NCBI GenBank assembly: GCA_030141605.1
Contig: JAQGDQ010000028.1
Location: 124,001 to 188,000 of the forward strand
Direction of reading: 5' to 3'
Length of the DNA stretch: 64,000 nt
Source of the DNA: Tubiluchus corallicola
Taxonomy: Eukaryota > Animalia > Priapulida
In this document: positions 27,801 through 39,300 of the stretch, piece after piece
Layout of the letters: each line of letters begins with the position of its first letter
How positions within the stretch are numbered: position 1 is the first letter of the stretch
Translations under genes and position numbers: made by a program
The notes under the pieces: model-generated
The model's input: only the letters and a program-made list of their open reading frames with translations
What the model was told of the DNA's origin: nothing
Databases searched by the model: none

Positions 27801-29005
27801 GACCCACGTGTTCTGTATCCTTTTCATGACTCGTTTTGTTTCATTTTAGTAATGAGAATTGGCAAAAAGTCACGTGAGAAAGAAGCAGAGATCAAGCAAA
27901 CTGTTGAAAGTATACAACGATTGATTTGCATGTGCAAATCTTCAAATAGCCCTTTGAAAGGTAAACAGCTTAGAACAGATTTATGCAGTAAAATGGCAGT
28001 TTAAGTGCAGCAAGTACCATAAATTGTGACTTCATATTACTTATTTAACAACTCTCATTGTATGTATGTTACTAACATTGTAATGGTATGATAACTGCAC
28101 TGCTGTTTAGAACTAAAAACGAAATGTTTATATTGAGTCTTCGCATCAGATGCATTCTGCATGAAGTGTAGAAAATAGTCAATTGGATCTAGCAGTGAAT
28201 AGTAAATTAAATTTCTGATCACTTGCTTAAAAAGTGAGTTCCTAGAACCTATTCTGGCATCTGATATTTTCGATCCTTCAAATTTTGCAAGGTGAGTGCT
28301 CTCACGTCCTGCTATTGTAGTCAAAAGTCGCAGGTGGGGAAGGTAACTTACAGCCATTTTTTGTGGCTGTTTTGTACACATTTACAGGTCTGAAATTCTT
28401 AATTAGCAAAAAATCACACAGTAAAAAATGAGAATGTACGTCATTTTAATTCACCACTGTGAGCTATCCTCAAGTAAGATAAAAGAACCAAAAGCACAGA
28501 AGATCCTTAAATAGTACTTTTTAGGATTTTGTAATGATGATACAATTAATAATTAAGCACAGAATTGAAAGCAGATCGTAAATGTGCTAAAAAACACAAA
28601 GTACAAACTGTCGCTGACGACATTGGTATCAAGTAGCAGGAACACTAGCAACAATAAATATTTTATTTATTCAGAAATAAACATTCATCGCTTTTTACTA
28701 GTGTTCCTAGTAAACAAAAAGCTTTCCGATATTTAGACATTCAGTCAAAACATCCTAGGTGAGGAAGTTAAGTAAGGACAGGTGTATTGCTGGAAATAGA
28801 GTTATTATTTGATTGATGATTATTTGTAAATAGGGCCAATTTTAAAATCGCCATTTTACCAAAAGAATATTTTTCAGTAACTATAGATGGCACAGAGTGG
28901 ACTGGAGTGAAGTTTTTTCAACTCTCTGCACAATGGCAGACGAATACAAAGTTATTTCCTCTGGCAATTTTCACACAGCCAGACTACTTGCACTTACAGC
29001 ACTGA
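9344..29005 (+). CDS. PACS: Phosphofurin acidic cluster sorting protein (PACS1/PACS2-like), spliced gene model with 19 exons in the window; 5' end uncertain
   Basis: Exons 9344-9433, 11136-11261, 11965-12121, 13267-13314, 19415-19536, 19702-19764, 20437-20585, 21626-21746, 22557-22829, 23598-23693, 24402-24517, 24773-24927, 25456-25569, 25733-25841, 25996-26038, 26355-26539, 27014-27267, 27850-27960 and 28878-29005. All junctions are GT-AG and phase-compatible (sum 2460 nt). Hallmark peptides: [106 protein letters not shown]. Confidence 0.96.
11136..11261 (+). CDS. PACS: PACS exon (furin-binding region, RRKRY basic cluster)
   Basis: [42 protein letters not shown]; cctag / gtacgt; 126 nt. Confidence 0.97.
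11965..12121 (+). CDS. PACS: PACS exon
   Basis: [52 protein letters not shown] (SLxSQP[V/I]D is conserved in PACS); ctgtag / gtgagt. Confidence 0.93.
13267..13314 (+). CDS. PACS: Probable 48-nt symmetric (phase 1-1) PACS cassette exon
   Basis: [16 protein letters not shown]; cttcag acceptor with an upstream pyrimidine tract, gtaagt donor; frame-preserving. No recognised homology. Confidence 0.6.
15785..15815. repeat. (TA)n microsatellite
   Basis: Direct reading. Confidence 0.95.
15835..16085 (+). mobile_element. Highly decayed LINE reverse-transcriptase fragment
   Basis: Ordered relics ALDK (AFDKV), [11 protein letters not shown] (SGVPQGSxLG) and a frameshifted LY.DD.KL-like motif; many stops. 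Confidence 0.3.
18650..18960 (-). mobile_element. Decayed RTE-clade LINE fragment (RT C-terminal part)
   Basis: Minus-strand relics [10 protein letters not shown] (VxxFxYLGS) and [25 protein letters not shown] (LDG...LRxxLNIxW..TNxEL). Confidence 0.4.
19415..19536 (+). CDS. PACS: PACS exon (acidic cluster)
   Basis: [40 protein letters not shown]; acgcag / gtatgt. Confidence 0.92.
19702..19764 (+). CDS. PACS: PACS exon
   Basis: [21 protein letters not shown]; tttcag / gtagaa. Confidence 0.94.
20437..20585 (+). CDS. PACS: PACS exon
   Basis: [50 protein letters not shown]; gacag / gtacaa. Confidence 0.94.
21626..21746 (+). CDS. PACS: PACS exon
   Basis: [40 protein letters not shown], completing the conserved STPKPxLRPYF; ttttag / gtgagt. 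Confidence 0.92.
21751..21830. repeat. Degenerate (GTTT/GTCT)n repeat
   Basis: Direct reading, immediately after a PACS donor site. Confidence 0.7.
22557..22829 (+). CDS. PACS: PACS exon (Ser/Pro/Lys-rich middle region)
   Basis: [20 protein letters not shown]...SSGGLADQQ; tttcag / gtgact; phase 0-0. Confidence 0.88.
22992..23176. mobile_element. Tc1/mariner-pogo (Tigger-like) MITE, 185 bp
   Basis: Perfect 11-bp TIR CAGTCAAACCT / AGGTTTGACTG with TA on both sides (22990-22991 and 23177-23178); internal repeated TTGGCATTA. Confidence 0.85.
23598..23693 (+). CDS. PACS: PACS exon (start of C-terminal region)
   Basis: [32 protein letters not shown]; tttcag / gttact. Confidence 0.9.
24402..24517 (+). 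CDS. PACS: PACS exon
   Basis: [39 protein letters not shown]; attcag / gtaagt. Confidence 0.92.
24588..24755. repeat. 73-bp tandem duplication (2 identical copies plus a partial third) in a PACS intron
   Basis: Unit agaaacattattaaattgca...caagattttattg at 24588 and 24661, partial copy at 24734. Confidence 0.95.
24773..24927 (+). CDS. PACS: PACS exon
   Basis: [52 protein letters not shown]; ttacag / gtatgt. Confidence 0.96.
25456..25569 (+). CDS. PACS: PACS exon
   Basis: [37 protein letters not shown]; ttacag / gtacat. Confidence 0.94.
25733..25841 (+). CDS. PACS: PACS exon
   Basis: [35 protein letters not shown]; cacag / gtttga. Confidence 0.94.
25996..26038 (+). CDS. PACS: PACS exon (43 nt)
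   Basis: [14 protein letters not shown]; ttgcag / gtaagt. Confidence 0.93.
26355..26539 (+). CDS. PACS: PACS exon
   Basis: [13 protein letters not shown]...SSSPPSSS...[14 protein letters not shown]; caacag / gtaatt. Confidence 0.92.
27014..27267 (+). CDS. PACS: PACS exon
   Basis: [19 protein letters not shown]...[17 protein letters not shown]...[13 protein letters not shown]; ttacag / gtaagt. Confidence 0.95.
27850..27960 (+). CDS. PACS: PACS exon
   Basis: [36 protein letters not shown]; ttttag / gtaaac. Confidence 0.94.
28878..29005 (+). CDS. PACS: PACS terminal coding exon
   Basis: [41 protein letters not shown] then TGA at 29003-29005, followed by a second TGA. Confidence 0.96.
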
Positions 29006-31276
29006 TGAGTCAGCAGAGTTAAATTGGATGCATTTTTGATGACGGTTTTCTTGCTACTGGATGGCTCAAGCTAGACTGCACCAGTTAAGATTAGTAATTT
29101 TGATAAGGTGTCAAACATGTGGAAGATAATTTTATAGTGTCTGGTGGTTTTGAAGAGCTGTGTTGTCAGTGCAGATATATACTACGCATGTGAAATTTAA
29201 AACTGAAACTTGTGTATTTGTGTGACTTGGAAGATCTGAATTTTTTGAGCTTCATGCTTTAATATTGCATAGACAGCATTAGTAATCTGCTTAACGAATC
29301 GATGTATAGGCTTATGTCGTAACTGTGCGGAAAACGTTCCGCGATTCATTCTTAACTCATCTCGGTTCAGTGTATCGGCAGCAGATGGCACTTTACTGGT
29401 TAGAAATGGCCTTTTGAAATAGCGAGGCACTATCCTCGACATCCTGATTTGTGTTTGTATTATATTTAATTGTATAGTTTATTGTACATATCATATTTTT
29501 ATTGTAATTATTTTAGTTTTTAAAAAAATAGTCATTTATTTTCTTTTCTGTAAAAATTGTTGGCACATTGAAACTGTCCACCTTGGAGTTGTTTGTTTGA
29601 GTTTAATTAAATTCATGTATTTGTGTTACCAGCAGTCTCTACTCTGTCTTGTCTCATAATGATTGTTCAGTTTGTTAGGTTATCGTTATTTCGTCTCCAT
29701 TGGTTTTACAGTGATTTACTTAAGCCACTATAGTAATGTATGATAAATGTTGCTGCTAATATTTAAAGACTAACATTTGTAAATGTAACGAATGCTGAAC
29801 AATCGTGTAACACTATAATTTGTAAATATCTCTCTAGCGATTGCAGAATATGATAAGGTGGTACAAGTACCAGGTATTATTATCTTGGTTCCACAATACC
29901 ATTTGAATTTAAGGCATAATTATTTGATTATGGAATTAATCTACGATCAGTAACACATCGATAACGAGCCAGTATCTGAAGGCCAGTGTAATATATGTGA
30001 TAATGCATTACAATGTGAGCAGTGCCAATGCAAGAATTATTGTTATCAAACATTTGCAGTTACTGTATCACACTGCCTACCAGTATTTGTCTTGTATCTG
30101 TAATTTTAGAACACACTTTTAAAGCAACTTGAAATTAAGTTGCCAATAACTTATGTTTTGAACCTCATAAATTGATGACTTGCTGATGGCTGGAAGTGAA
30201 ATGTGTTACAGATGATAATCAATATTATGAAACCTATTTCAGACTTTGTTTTGAAACCTATTTGTCAGCCTACAAATGCTGAAGACCTTGTGTTTTGGTT
30301 TGTCTGTACAATTAATTGCTAATCATAAGATTATCTCTACTTAAGTTGCCCTAAAAACCAAGTGGCTCACCTAAGATCTGAGAATCAAAGCATTCTTTGG
30401 AGTTTAATATGAAACTGTTTTTTCCTTTAAATTACGTAGCCACTTATTCTTTAAACTAAATCCAGTCTGTGAAAATAACTGAGTTAAAAAATGATCATTA
30501 AAATACAAGAAGGCAATATTTTAATGGTCTTGATAGAAATTTTATTAATATTTATTACTTGTGAACTTGCATCAGGCTCTGTGTCAGGATTTTTTCCTTT
30601 CAGGTGTAATTAGCATTCAAGAGCTTAATAAATTATGGGTTATTCACTAAGAAAGATTCTCGTACCAACAAACACCTGTTAATAACAATAAAATAATTTC
30701 GCATTTTGTGTGTAATTTAAGATAATTGACTTGATTCAGCCGAAATTAAATTGACCAGATTTAAAGAATAAACTGAAACATTTGCAGGAAGTAAAAAGAT
30801 TGTGAAGTCTGGCAGTTCAAATAAAATTTGATATTGAGTGAAGTTTTTAATAACCATACGGTTTCAGGTACATCTAAGGCCCATTTAGCATAATAACAGT
30901 ATTTTTCAAAAGAGACGTCTTTTTCTATATTTATCTATCCTTACTTTTGAATGCAGACACCTCATTTCTTGTCTCTATTCCCAAATGAGAAATAACATGG
31001 CAGCCAGTCCCTTAAATGCTTAATGACTTCTGCTGTGGGTTCGTATAAGTGAGGACAAACATAGAGAAATCAGATAAGACATGTACTATGGTACATCCCA
31101 GTATTATGTACAATATACATGTGTTCTTACGTAGACTAACATAATTATTATGTCATTTTGTTCAGAAACCGCAGCCACATTGTGGCTCGTTCAGTTTGCC
31201 AATAATTCAAGTTTCAACCTACATTTCAGCGTTCTTATAGTCACTGCTTATAAACTGGTGACTGACTATTTTGTAA

Positions 31277-31320
31277 AATAAAAGTGCATATAAAAACATT
31301 GAATGTGTTGTTTTGTTATT
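31277..31320 (+). terminator. Candidate polyadenylation signal of PACS
   Basis: AATAAA at 31277-31282 followed about 20 nt later by a GT-rich element (gaatgtgttgttttgtt). Other AATAAA hexamers lie upstream near 30690-30825. Confidence 0.5.
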
Positions 31321-31865
31321 TATCATAATACATGTAACAGTCACAAAAAAACAAAAGGAAAACATCAGTTGCCACTATGATCAAAAAATATGTACATCAT
31401 ATACTCACATTTATATATTGCAAAAATAGCTGTAAATTTACCTTTCAATGCTTCATAAGCTCACCACCATGCATTTCAAAGGTCATTAAATGAGACAGGT
31501 TGAATTTCGACTTCTACATTAGAATCCCCGTACAAATATTTTAAAAGTAAAAGATCATGTCTTACAGTTTATTCTATGCAAACATTTATAAATTTACCCA
31601 GTAGACCATTTATCACACACAGGCACTTAACGTCTACAATCTGCACAATTCCAAGAGTTGTTTAAGACTATTTCGCAAGCCAAACTTATTAGAAAATCAA
31701 TTTAAACATTGATATAAAATAAAAAGTTTGTTCTATCAACCCACTCAAAGCCGATTCACAAATGGTTTTTTACTTTGGATATGTTAGAGTTTAAGCAAGT
31801 ATGGAAAAAAATCTTGGCTTCAGTATAGTATAGTAAATTTACTGTTTAAAAGATTTCAGATGCTG

Positions 31866-32666
31866 TCATCGGGCTGTTTTATCTGATATTGTATATTTTT
31901 CGTAATTTTTCTCAGGATCAAATGGTTCCCATCTACTTGCCGGGAAAATGTGTTTATTTTTTTCATACCAGCTACGCAATACAACTTTCCCAGCATGAGA
32001 CTCGTCCTTTTCTACTCTGGCATCAGCCACAAGCCGTACGTCCTCGTGCACATCAAAGTTGAACAGGGGACCACTCTTACCTCGAGCCTTTGTCACTATG
32101 AAGTCATAGAAACTGTAATGATGTGGAATTATCAAGTCCTCTTTGATGTACATCAACTGATCAACAGTGGCCACACGCAACTCAGTAAAATCTTTTCTTA
32201 GAATCTCTAGACACCGATGTAAAAACTGTGAAACTGTGTTTCCTTTCCGCATTCGCGCAATTCTGCGATGTCCGGAACCATCCCAGTAACTGTAGGTAAT
32301 TTCAATTTCCTCATTTTTCAATTGCTCCTGCTTTGTGACCCACTCTTGGCGTAACTGCTCCCGTAAACGATTTTCTGCTTCTTCACGTTCACGATCTGGA
32401 AGGAAACTAGTGTCGACATCTGGATTTTTCCCAATCTTTTTCTTTTTTAGCAGAGGTTCATCGCTGTCTAACTTATCGTCATTTTCATCTGTTTCGGATT
32501 CTTCATCCACAGAGAAAGAAAGTTTAGCCTTTTCTTTGACTTTCTTTTTCTGTTTTTGTATTTCTTCCTTCACTTTTAATGCTTTTTCTGCTTCTTTTTT
32601 AGCTAGCTGCTTTTCTCGTTCTTGCACCATAAATTCTTGCTTTGCTTTCATCTCATTCAGTGTTAC
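31866..32666 (-). CDS. FAM50A: FAM50 coding exon 2 (XAP5 domain)
   Basis: 801 nt from the acceptor AATCAG|GTAACA to TGA. Confidence 0.96.
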   Translation of the reverse strand, partial: VTLNEMKAKQEFMVQEREKQLAKKEAEKALKVKEEIQKQKKKVKEKAKLSFSVDEESETDENDDKLDSDEPLLKKKKIGKNPDVDTSFLPDREREEAENRLREQLRQEWVTKQEQLKNEEIEITYSYWDGSGHRRIARMRKGNTVSQFLHRCLEILRKDFTELRVATVDQLMYIKEDLIIPHHYSFYDFIVTKARGKSGPLFNFDVHEDVRLVADARVEKDESHAGKVVLRSWYEKNKHIFPASRWEPFDPEKNYEKYTISDKTAR

Positions 32667-33460
32667 CTGATTAAATGAAAATAATCTAAACCACATAAAC
32701 TTGAAAAAACTTACAATGCTTACAGCAAATGATGAGAAGTAACAGTTTACTTGATTCCTATAAATGGATATATGATATCAGAAATGTCTTACGGGTCTCC
32801 TTTGTAAAGCATAAGAAAGGGCAAAACAATATGCTTTATTGCTACAGCAAGTCGCCATTTTAATTTAATCTAGCAGTAGATTATAAAACAAGTACTATAC
32901 ATTTGAACATTAAATGTAGTGTGATAGACAACAGAATTAATTTTTCTCAAACTGAAAGTAGTTAACATCGTCTTAAACTCATTAGACTGCAAATATATAT
33001 CTGCCCTCAAACAGGTAAATAGCTGGAAACAGACATCCATAAGTAGTTGTCCAGGTAGTTGCATACCCAACTCTGGGCCCAGTTTGCATAGCTTTTGTTG
33101 TTAAGCAGAAAGTAGAAAAGTATTTCTAAACGACTTAGTTGTTTTTATTACTTGATTTAGCAAATTATAGCCTAAAATAAGTTGCCAAATTGTAATAACA
33201 ATATACAGTAATTGTAATTGAGCTTGATACAAAAAAGAAATCAAGTAGAAAATTATATTCACCAAGCCGACTGTGCTTGATTTTAGCTGAGCTTCGACTG
33301 CGTCGTAATGTACAGCAAATTTGTTTCCAATGTTAGCAATGGCATTTTCATCCTCTATTTTTTGCTTGCGCATCTCTAAATCTTTTCGCTCTTTTTCTCT
33401 TCTCTTCATTAAGTGCATTGCCCGGCCAACCTCACTTGCTGCTCCCTTATACTCTGCCAT
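31866..33460 (-). CDS. FAM50A: FAM50/XAP5 family spliceosome-associated nuclear protein, 332 aa, two coding exons (33460-33263 and 32666-31866)
   Basis: [22 protein letters not shown]...[16 protein letters not shown] | [11 protein letters not shown]...[18 protein letters not shown]...[13 protein letters not shown]...[10 protein letters not shown]...[28 protein letters not shown]. Phase-0 intron GTGAAT...AATCAG at 33262-32667. Confidence 0.97.
33263..33460 (-). CDS. FAM50A: FAM50 coding exon 1
   Basis: 66 codons from the ATG at 33460 to the donor TTG|GTGAAT. Confidence 0.95.
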
Positions 33461-33487
33461 GATTGCAGAGAGGATAAGTAAGTTATC

Positions 33488-34068
33488 CTACAAAACAGAG
33501 GTGTTTTCAATTGTACAGTCAGTGTAATGCTAAAGAATCCAGTATAAGTACAAATGTTTATGTTACCAGCAATATCAGACTAGGCATTCCCCTGCCCTGG
33601 TACTGTACATGCCTACCATAAAAATCATTTTTGGTAAAATACAGCTACAGACTGCACTCTTTTCTTTTAAAACTTTTGTGATATACTACGTTAAAAAACT
33701 CTGGCATGTCTTTAATTATCAACATCACTAAGTTATGTTTGTAACAGTTATCTTTATATAGATAGCTCCACAGCTAAATTTGATGCTATTGTCTGCAAGA
33801 GGTATTCATTCTTAGATGGCTCACCAAAATGCTCTGAAACACTGCCATTACATTAACAAGTACTACCAGATACTAATAATGAGTAAAATTATCTAAAAAT
33901 GTTATAACCAGAAAAAAACATGACTTAGAAGGTTAATTTGGAAAGGCTATGCAGTGATATCACTACATTTAAATACATACAATAAGAAGACAATGCAGTG
34001 ATACCCGAAACAGGCACAGTGCAACGATGGGTAACTGGAGAAAATTACGCAAATCGGGCTTTACTCAC
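33488..34068 (-). other. Probable 5'UTR intron of FAM50
   Basis: Minus-strand donor CTC|GTGAGT at 34068 and acceptor TTTTGTAG| at 33488, leaving 27 nt of UTR before the ATG. Confidence 0.55.
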
Positions 34069-35630
34069 GAGAAACCATCAAAATTGCCCTGACATCCTGC
34101 TAGAGGCTTAGCAATGAAAAATAAGCAATTATAAACTAATGAAAGACGTTGTTTAGTTTTCTAAGGCCCGCTTTAAAACAATTTATTAATAAACAATTTA
34201 GACTGCGAAAAATAACTGAGTACACTTATCAGTCCATAGTCATCTCTCATAGTGTGTGGGTAGAACTGCAGCAGAACTTTTAACAATCAAAAGTGACATT
34301 TTAATCTCATATTTACAGAGGTTAGGCTGAGATATAAAATTACTATGCCAGCTGAATACCCGATGCGGGCAGCGTTAACGATGTAGGAGATCTCAGGATT
34401 TGCTAGAGAAAGTTGCCAACAGTTTTTATTACGAATGTGCATTGTGACAGTCAGCCCAACAAATGTTTACAACTTTTGTTTGCTAGTTAACTGCAATGTC
34501 GAAAATCAAAAAAAGCATTTTTAAGGTAAGTCATCATACCTTTAACTGCAAGATTGTCCTGATGCGTAAATAATATGGGTTATACTGATGTGTTAATAAT
34601 ATGTGTGTGTTTTGTTAACTGTCTCATGTGTTGTGATTATAACCTCAAGTGTTGTGACAATGAATAAATTTAATTATAATGGATCCACCAAGCTTTAGTC
34701 ATGTAAGCTATACATCAAGTTTCCACTTTAGATGTACTGAAAAAGAATACAAAATTCCAGGCAAGTCAACTGTAAACATTTATCCAGGGCTTGTTAATTA
34801 ACTGATGATAAGCAGAGATGGCATGAAAATTTGCCCTCGTCAAAATCACATACTATGTGGAACATTACTTGACAACCATGCGTACCACCTCTTTGTTCCA
34901 ATACCAGCCAAACTCATCTTGTATGCCCTCCTTGTGTACTACTGCCTCGCCATGTACTCCAGCGCCATATATTACGAGACAGTACATCACAAAGCACTAC
35001 ACAAGGTACTAGAGGTACACAGCGAGCTGGTACTTGCCAAAAAAGCACGCGGTATCGGAGTACATATGGAGGTTGAGCAAGCACGAACATCCCACGTAGT
35101 GTACTGCAGACGCTTGTATTCTATTAGTATTACAGAAGACAATAATATACACTTCACCTGAGGCAGAAAGCAGTCGTCAGACGGTTAGTCCAGCAAACAC
35201 GAGACACTGACCTGACGATGGTTTGAACAAACCACTTCTATCAAATCAGCAAAATATGAGACCAAGAAAGAAAAGCGGAATAAATTTCAGATAAGCCACA
35301 ATCTTCTCTTGAGACTGCAAAAACAATATAAATTTATAATGCTGCTGAAATCTACTTTAACTTAATATAAGCTAAAACATCATCATTGTCATCATACGCC
35401 CGTCACGTCTATTGTAGGATTCTAAAATTAAAGAAAGCAGTGTTTCGGTTTTACCTGGATTACCGCTGCGTTCACCTGTCTGAAGGCAGATTAAGCTAAA
35501 ACATTAAAAACAACTACCAAAACCAGTATACGAAATCTTAGAAATTACGACAAACGGGCTGCTATTTCAGTTCTGCATGCAGTGCGAAGCAGCAGTAAAC
35601 CACAGATCAGAGACTATTTATCTCACGTTT

Positions 35631-35901
35631 AGCAAACACAACATTAATTTTATTTTTCACATTATTTTTAAAACGTCTCAAGAAACGTTTTGTTGTAATG
35701 TTTCCAAAATATTTTAAAAAATGTCTTAATGCTGCTTTTTGTGAAACGATTTACAAGGCAATTAATTTGTAAGAATTACTTTGTGCACCATTTCAACTTA
35801 CAAATAAAAGTCGCCAAACATTTTAAGAATATAATGAGACCCTATGCCGAAACCTTTTTGAAAACGTTTTTCAGATTTTGTGAAAAATTTATGTGTTTGC
35901 T
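35631..35901. mobile_element. MITE-like element, possibly CMC/EnSpm-type
   Basis: 10-bp inverted ends AGCAAACACA / TGTGTTTGCT with repeated internal AAACGTTTT-like motifs; outermost termini eroded. Confidence 0.6.
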
Positions 35902-37199
35902 GTAGTATAATGTCTATGCCTATGCCTGTCCTCATATAATATCAGAAAAATTTAAAAGAAAACACAAAGTGCTGCTTTGCAAGAAGCAGACTACTGAGGT
36001 ACATAGGTCAAAAGCCAGTGTGGCATAATTACTGTCAACATATTAATAAAGGCTATAATTATGTGCATAGTGCCATATTTCTTTGTTGCTCTAGTGTAGA
36101 AAAATATACAGACTCTTGATTACAGCATTCAGAGTAGAGTATTAATAAACCGTGAACAGCACTCACAAAAAACACACTGACTGATATTTAAAAGTAACCA
36201 GATATCTGATATAATTATGCAAGCAAGCCGCAATGATCCCTGACCTTTGTCTAAAGTGTCTACAGGCTAGCTGCTGACGTACGCAGCTAGTAACCTCTTT
36301 GTGTCTAGACGAGGCGCATCACATTAAATTTTACCTATTCAAATAAAATTATTATTCTGTCTACAAGACGTAACAAAGAACTATATAAAAGAATGACAGT
36401 TTGGCTCATGGCTCTGATATCTAAAACGCGATAATAACACGAATTAATTATCAATGACAAAAACAGTTGTAATTATGAATAAAATCGTTTTTAAGTCAGT
36501 TATAATAATAATGTCATTGTTTCCTTATTATTAATTACTTTTGATGATATTCCAGGGGTATACAAGTTAAGTTGGCACTGCAAACTACAGATATCAATTA
36601 TTAATTGTAGTGATATAACGCTGTCTGCAAATAACTAGCTACGTTACTTAATTACTACTTATAAATGAGCACAAAGACACCAGTAAACATAAATGAATAG
36701 AAGTGGACTGGGGCGTTTGCAATGTAAGCAGAAAGTCTCTAGTTCCAATGCAGGGTGCATTTCAAAAGTACGCAAGCCAGACTTTGTGGCGCAAAGGTCA
36801 CAAAATCTCCAATGACCATGATACTATCGATGCCTTCTCCGATGTATTAGACGAGACAGCCTCTATTGCTGCAGAAGGCCGGGAATATTGAGATCAGCAG
36901 ATGAAAATCATAATTATAAAAGTAATCATACAGGTAACATGGAGATGTGCCAAACAGTAGCACATCGACTCATGAAGATGATTTTCTTGATCAGACTCAT
37001 AACAAAGCACCTATACGACAGATAAAAAACCACGAGAAGTCCAAGTGGAGGGAAGAATACGCTTTTACACAGAGATTCTTGAATAGATAATGGAAATCTA
37101 AAAAAATGTTTCTTGTGACACCACACTGTGAAAGACAAAGACAACGTTTATTTACCGCCTCTCGTTTGATAGACAACATTAGCACTAACGGCTATTTAT

Positions 37200-37333
37200 C
37201 GACTTTCATTAACAACAATACAGGTACGAACGCAACACACAAGTAACGAATAACATGCAGGGAAGCCATTAGACTCGAATTCAAGACTTGCGTGGTTGCA
37301 GTCCGAAATCTAGACCGCTCGGCCACCCAGCCC
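37200..37333 (-). mobile_element. tRNA-derived SINE head or tRNA pseudogene
   Basis: Minus strand GGGCTGGGTGGCCGAGCGGTCTAG...GGACTGCAACC...GAATTCGAGTC: A box TGGCCGAGCGG and degenerate B box at tRNA spacing; the cloverleaf stems do not pair fully. Confidence 0.65.
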
Positions 37334-38614
37334 AGGACCTGTCATATAGCGCCAAAGTAACAGCAAGGTTCTCTGTCTATGCCTAACCCATAGCAGAATA
37401 GCTGCCTGACATTTATAATTTGATCATATATCAAAGCATTACCAGTGAGTTCTGAACCATATACAAGCCCAGCGCAACCTGGCAGGCGCATTTTTATATC
37501 CTGTACTTAAAGTAACCAGATAGCCGTGCCCAATAGCAAGTTGGTCTCATCAATTTATTTTGTTCCAGTAATAGTTATATTATAACACCAAAGTACAAAA
37601 TGAATAAACTAAAATAGATTAAAGAATAAATTCACTTCGTATAAGAAAAATTTAACTGATTAAAAGATTAAACCAAATAATTGCATGACACCTTGAAAGC
37701 AGGTCCTATGAGAAGAATAAGACACGAAAAAGTACAAAAAAAAACAATATAACAGTCTTTACTTCATGCAACAAAACCAGGAGCAGGACTGAATGGTAAT
37801 CGTGAAAAGTCGATATCACAAAAAAGATGTAACAGGCTGTTTCCACATATGATTTATACGTATGATTAATTTCGAATTATTGTATTACAATAGATTTATT
37901 GGGTTAGTTGCATAAAATAAATAACAAAAAACAATATCAGTTAGTAGTTAAAAAACTCATATATTTACATAAATAAAAAGTGTCATTAAGCCACATTATG
38001 GGATATTAAATTCGATTTTACGTTGCATGATCAAAAATTATTTGCAGCATAAATATTGTAGAATGTCATTTAATTGCTGATTGTCTAAAAAGGAAATATC
38101 TCTTCTACTTACGACATTTAAATCATTAAGTGCAAAAAATTGCAACCGTATTACTGCTATTAATAGGTGACATAAATAATTTTACAAATTTGATTTCAAA
38201 CACAGACAAAGCACACCTGATAAATGAGGTAACAAAAATCTATAAGTCCGGGATGATAAATGCCAAAATTTACGTACGCCTATGTTCTAGGAGGCATCAG
38301 TCATTTATTTATTAAATCTCATTTACTTTTAAAATAAAATAAATGCAAATCTCACCATTTGCATTGTAAGAGCGTATAATACATATAAAAATACTCCACA
38401 GATACTGATACATATACAACAGAATTAATATACAATGAATAATTTAATGAATATGCTTTGAATTTTTAAGATTATTATCTGACAATTTTGAAACTATTGC
38501 AAAGATAGCTACATGTTGTACGGTCTATTTTCTAACAGTGAACAATATCAATGAAGGCTGCACATGCAAATACATCCCGGAAAATATACAGGTATTCTAA
38601 ATTCAGTGAAGGTA

Positions 38615-38794
<180 letters not shown>

Positions 38795-39115
38795 AGAAAT
38801 CAAAGGAGATCAAAATCGATCTTAGGAGGTATCAAGATTATTAAAATAAAGTGTTATCAAACTTCCATATTTGCGAGCCATTATCAAAGTTAACAACTCA
38901 GTAAAAGTTGACATTCTGTCACTATCATACATGGCTTCTGGGTCACACGACATTTGTCAAATGCAATCCATCTGCCTTTGTTCATGCTTCTGTAATGTAT
39001 CTGGTTTATTCGATACACGAAACTATAGCTGTAAAGATATAGGAGCCGAGATTTGAGTAGACTTAAATTTACACAATGTAACAAATATCACACTTTTTCC
39101 CATTTTGCTGTAATC

Positions 39116-39300
<185 letters not shown>

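Noticed and set aside
31950-33527. Plus-strand ORFs 31950-32201, 32335-32670 and 33321-33527
   Set aside because: Antisense shadows of the FAM50 coding exons.
37260-37333. Functional tRNA-Cys gene
   Set aside because: Acceptor, anticodon and T stems do not pair properly; treated as a SINE or pseudogene.
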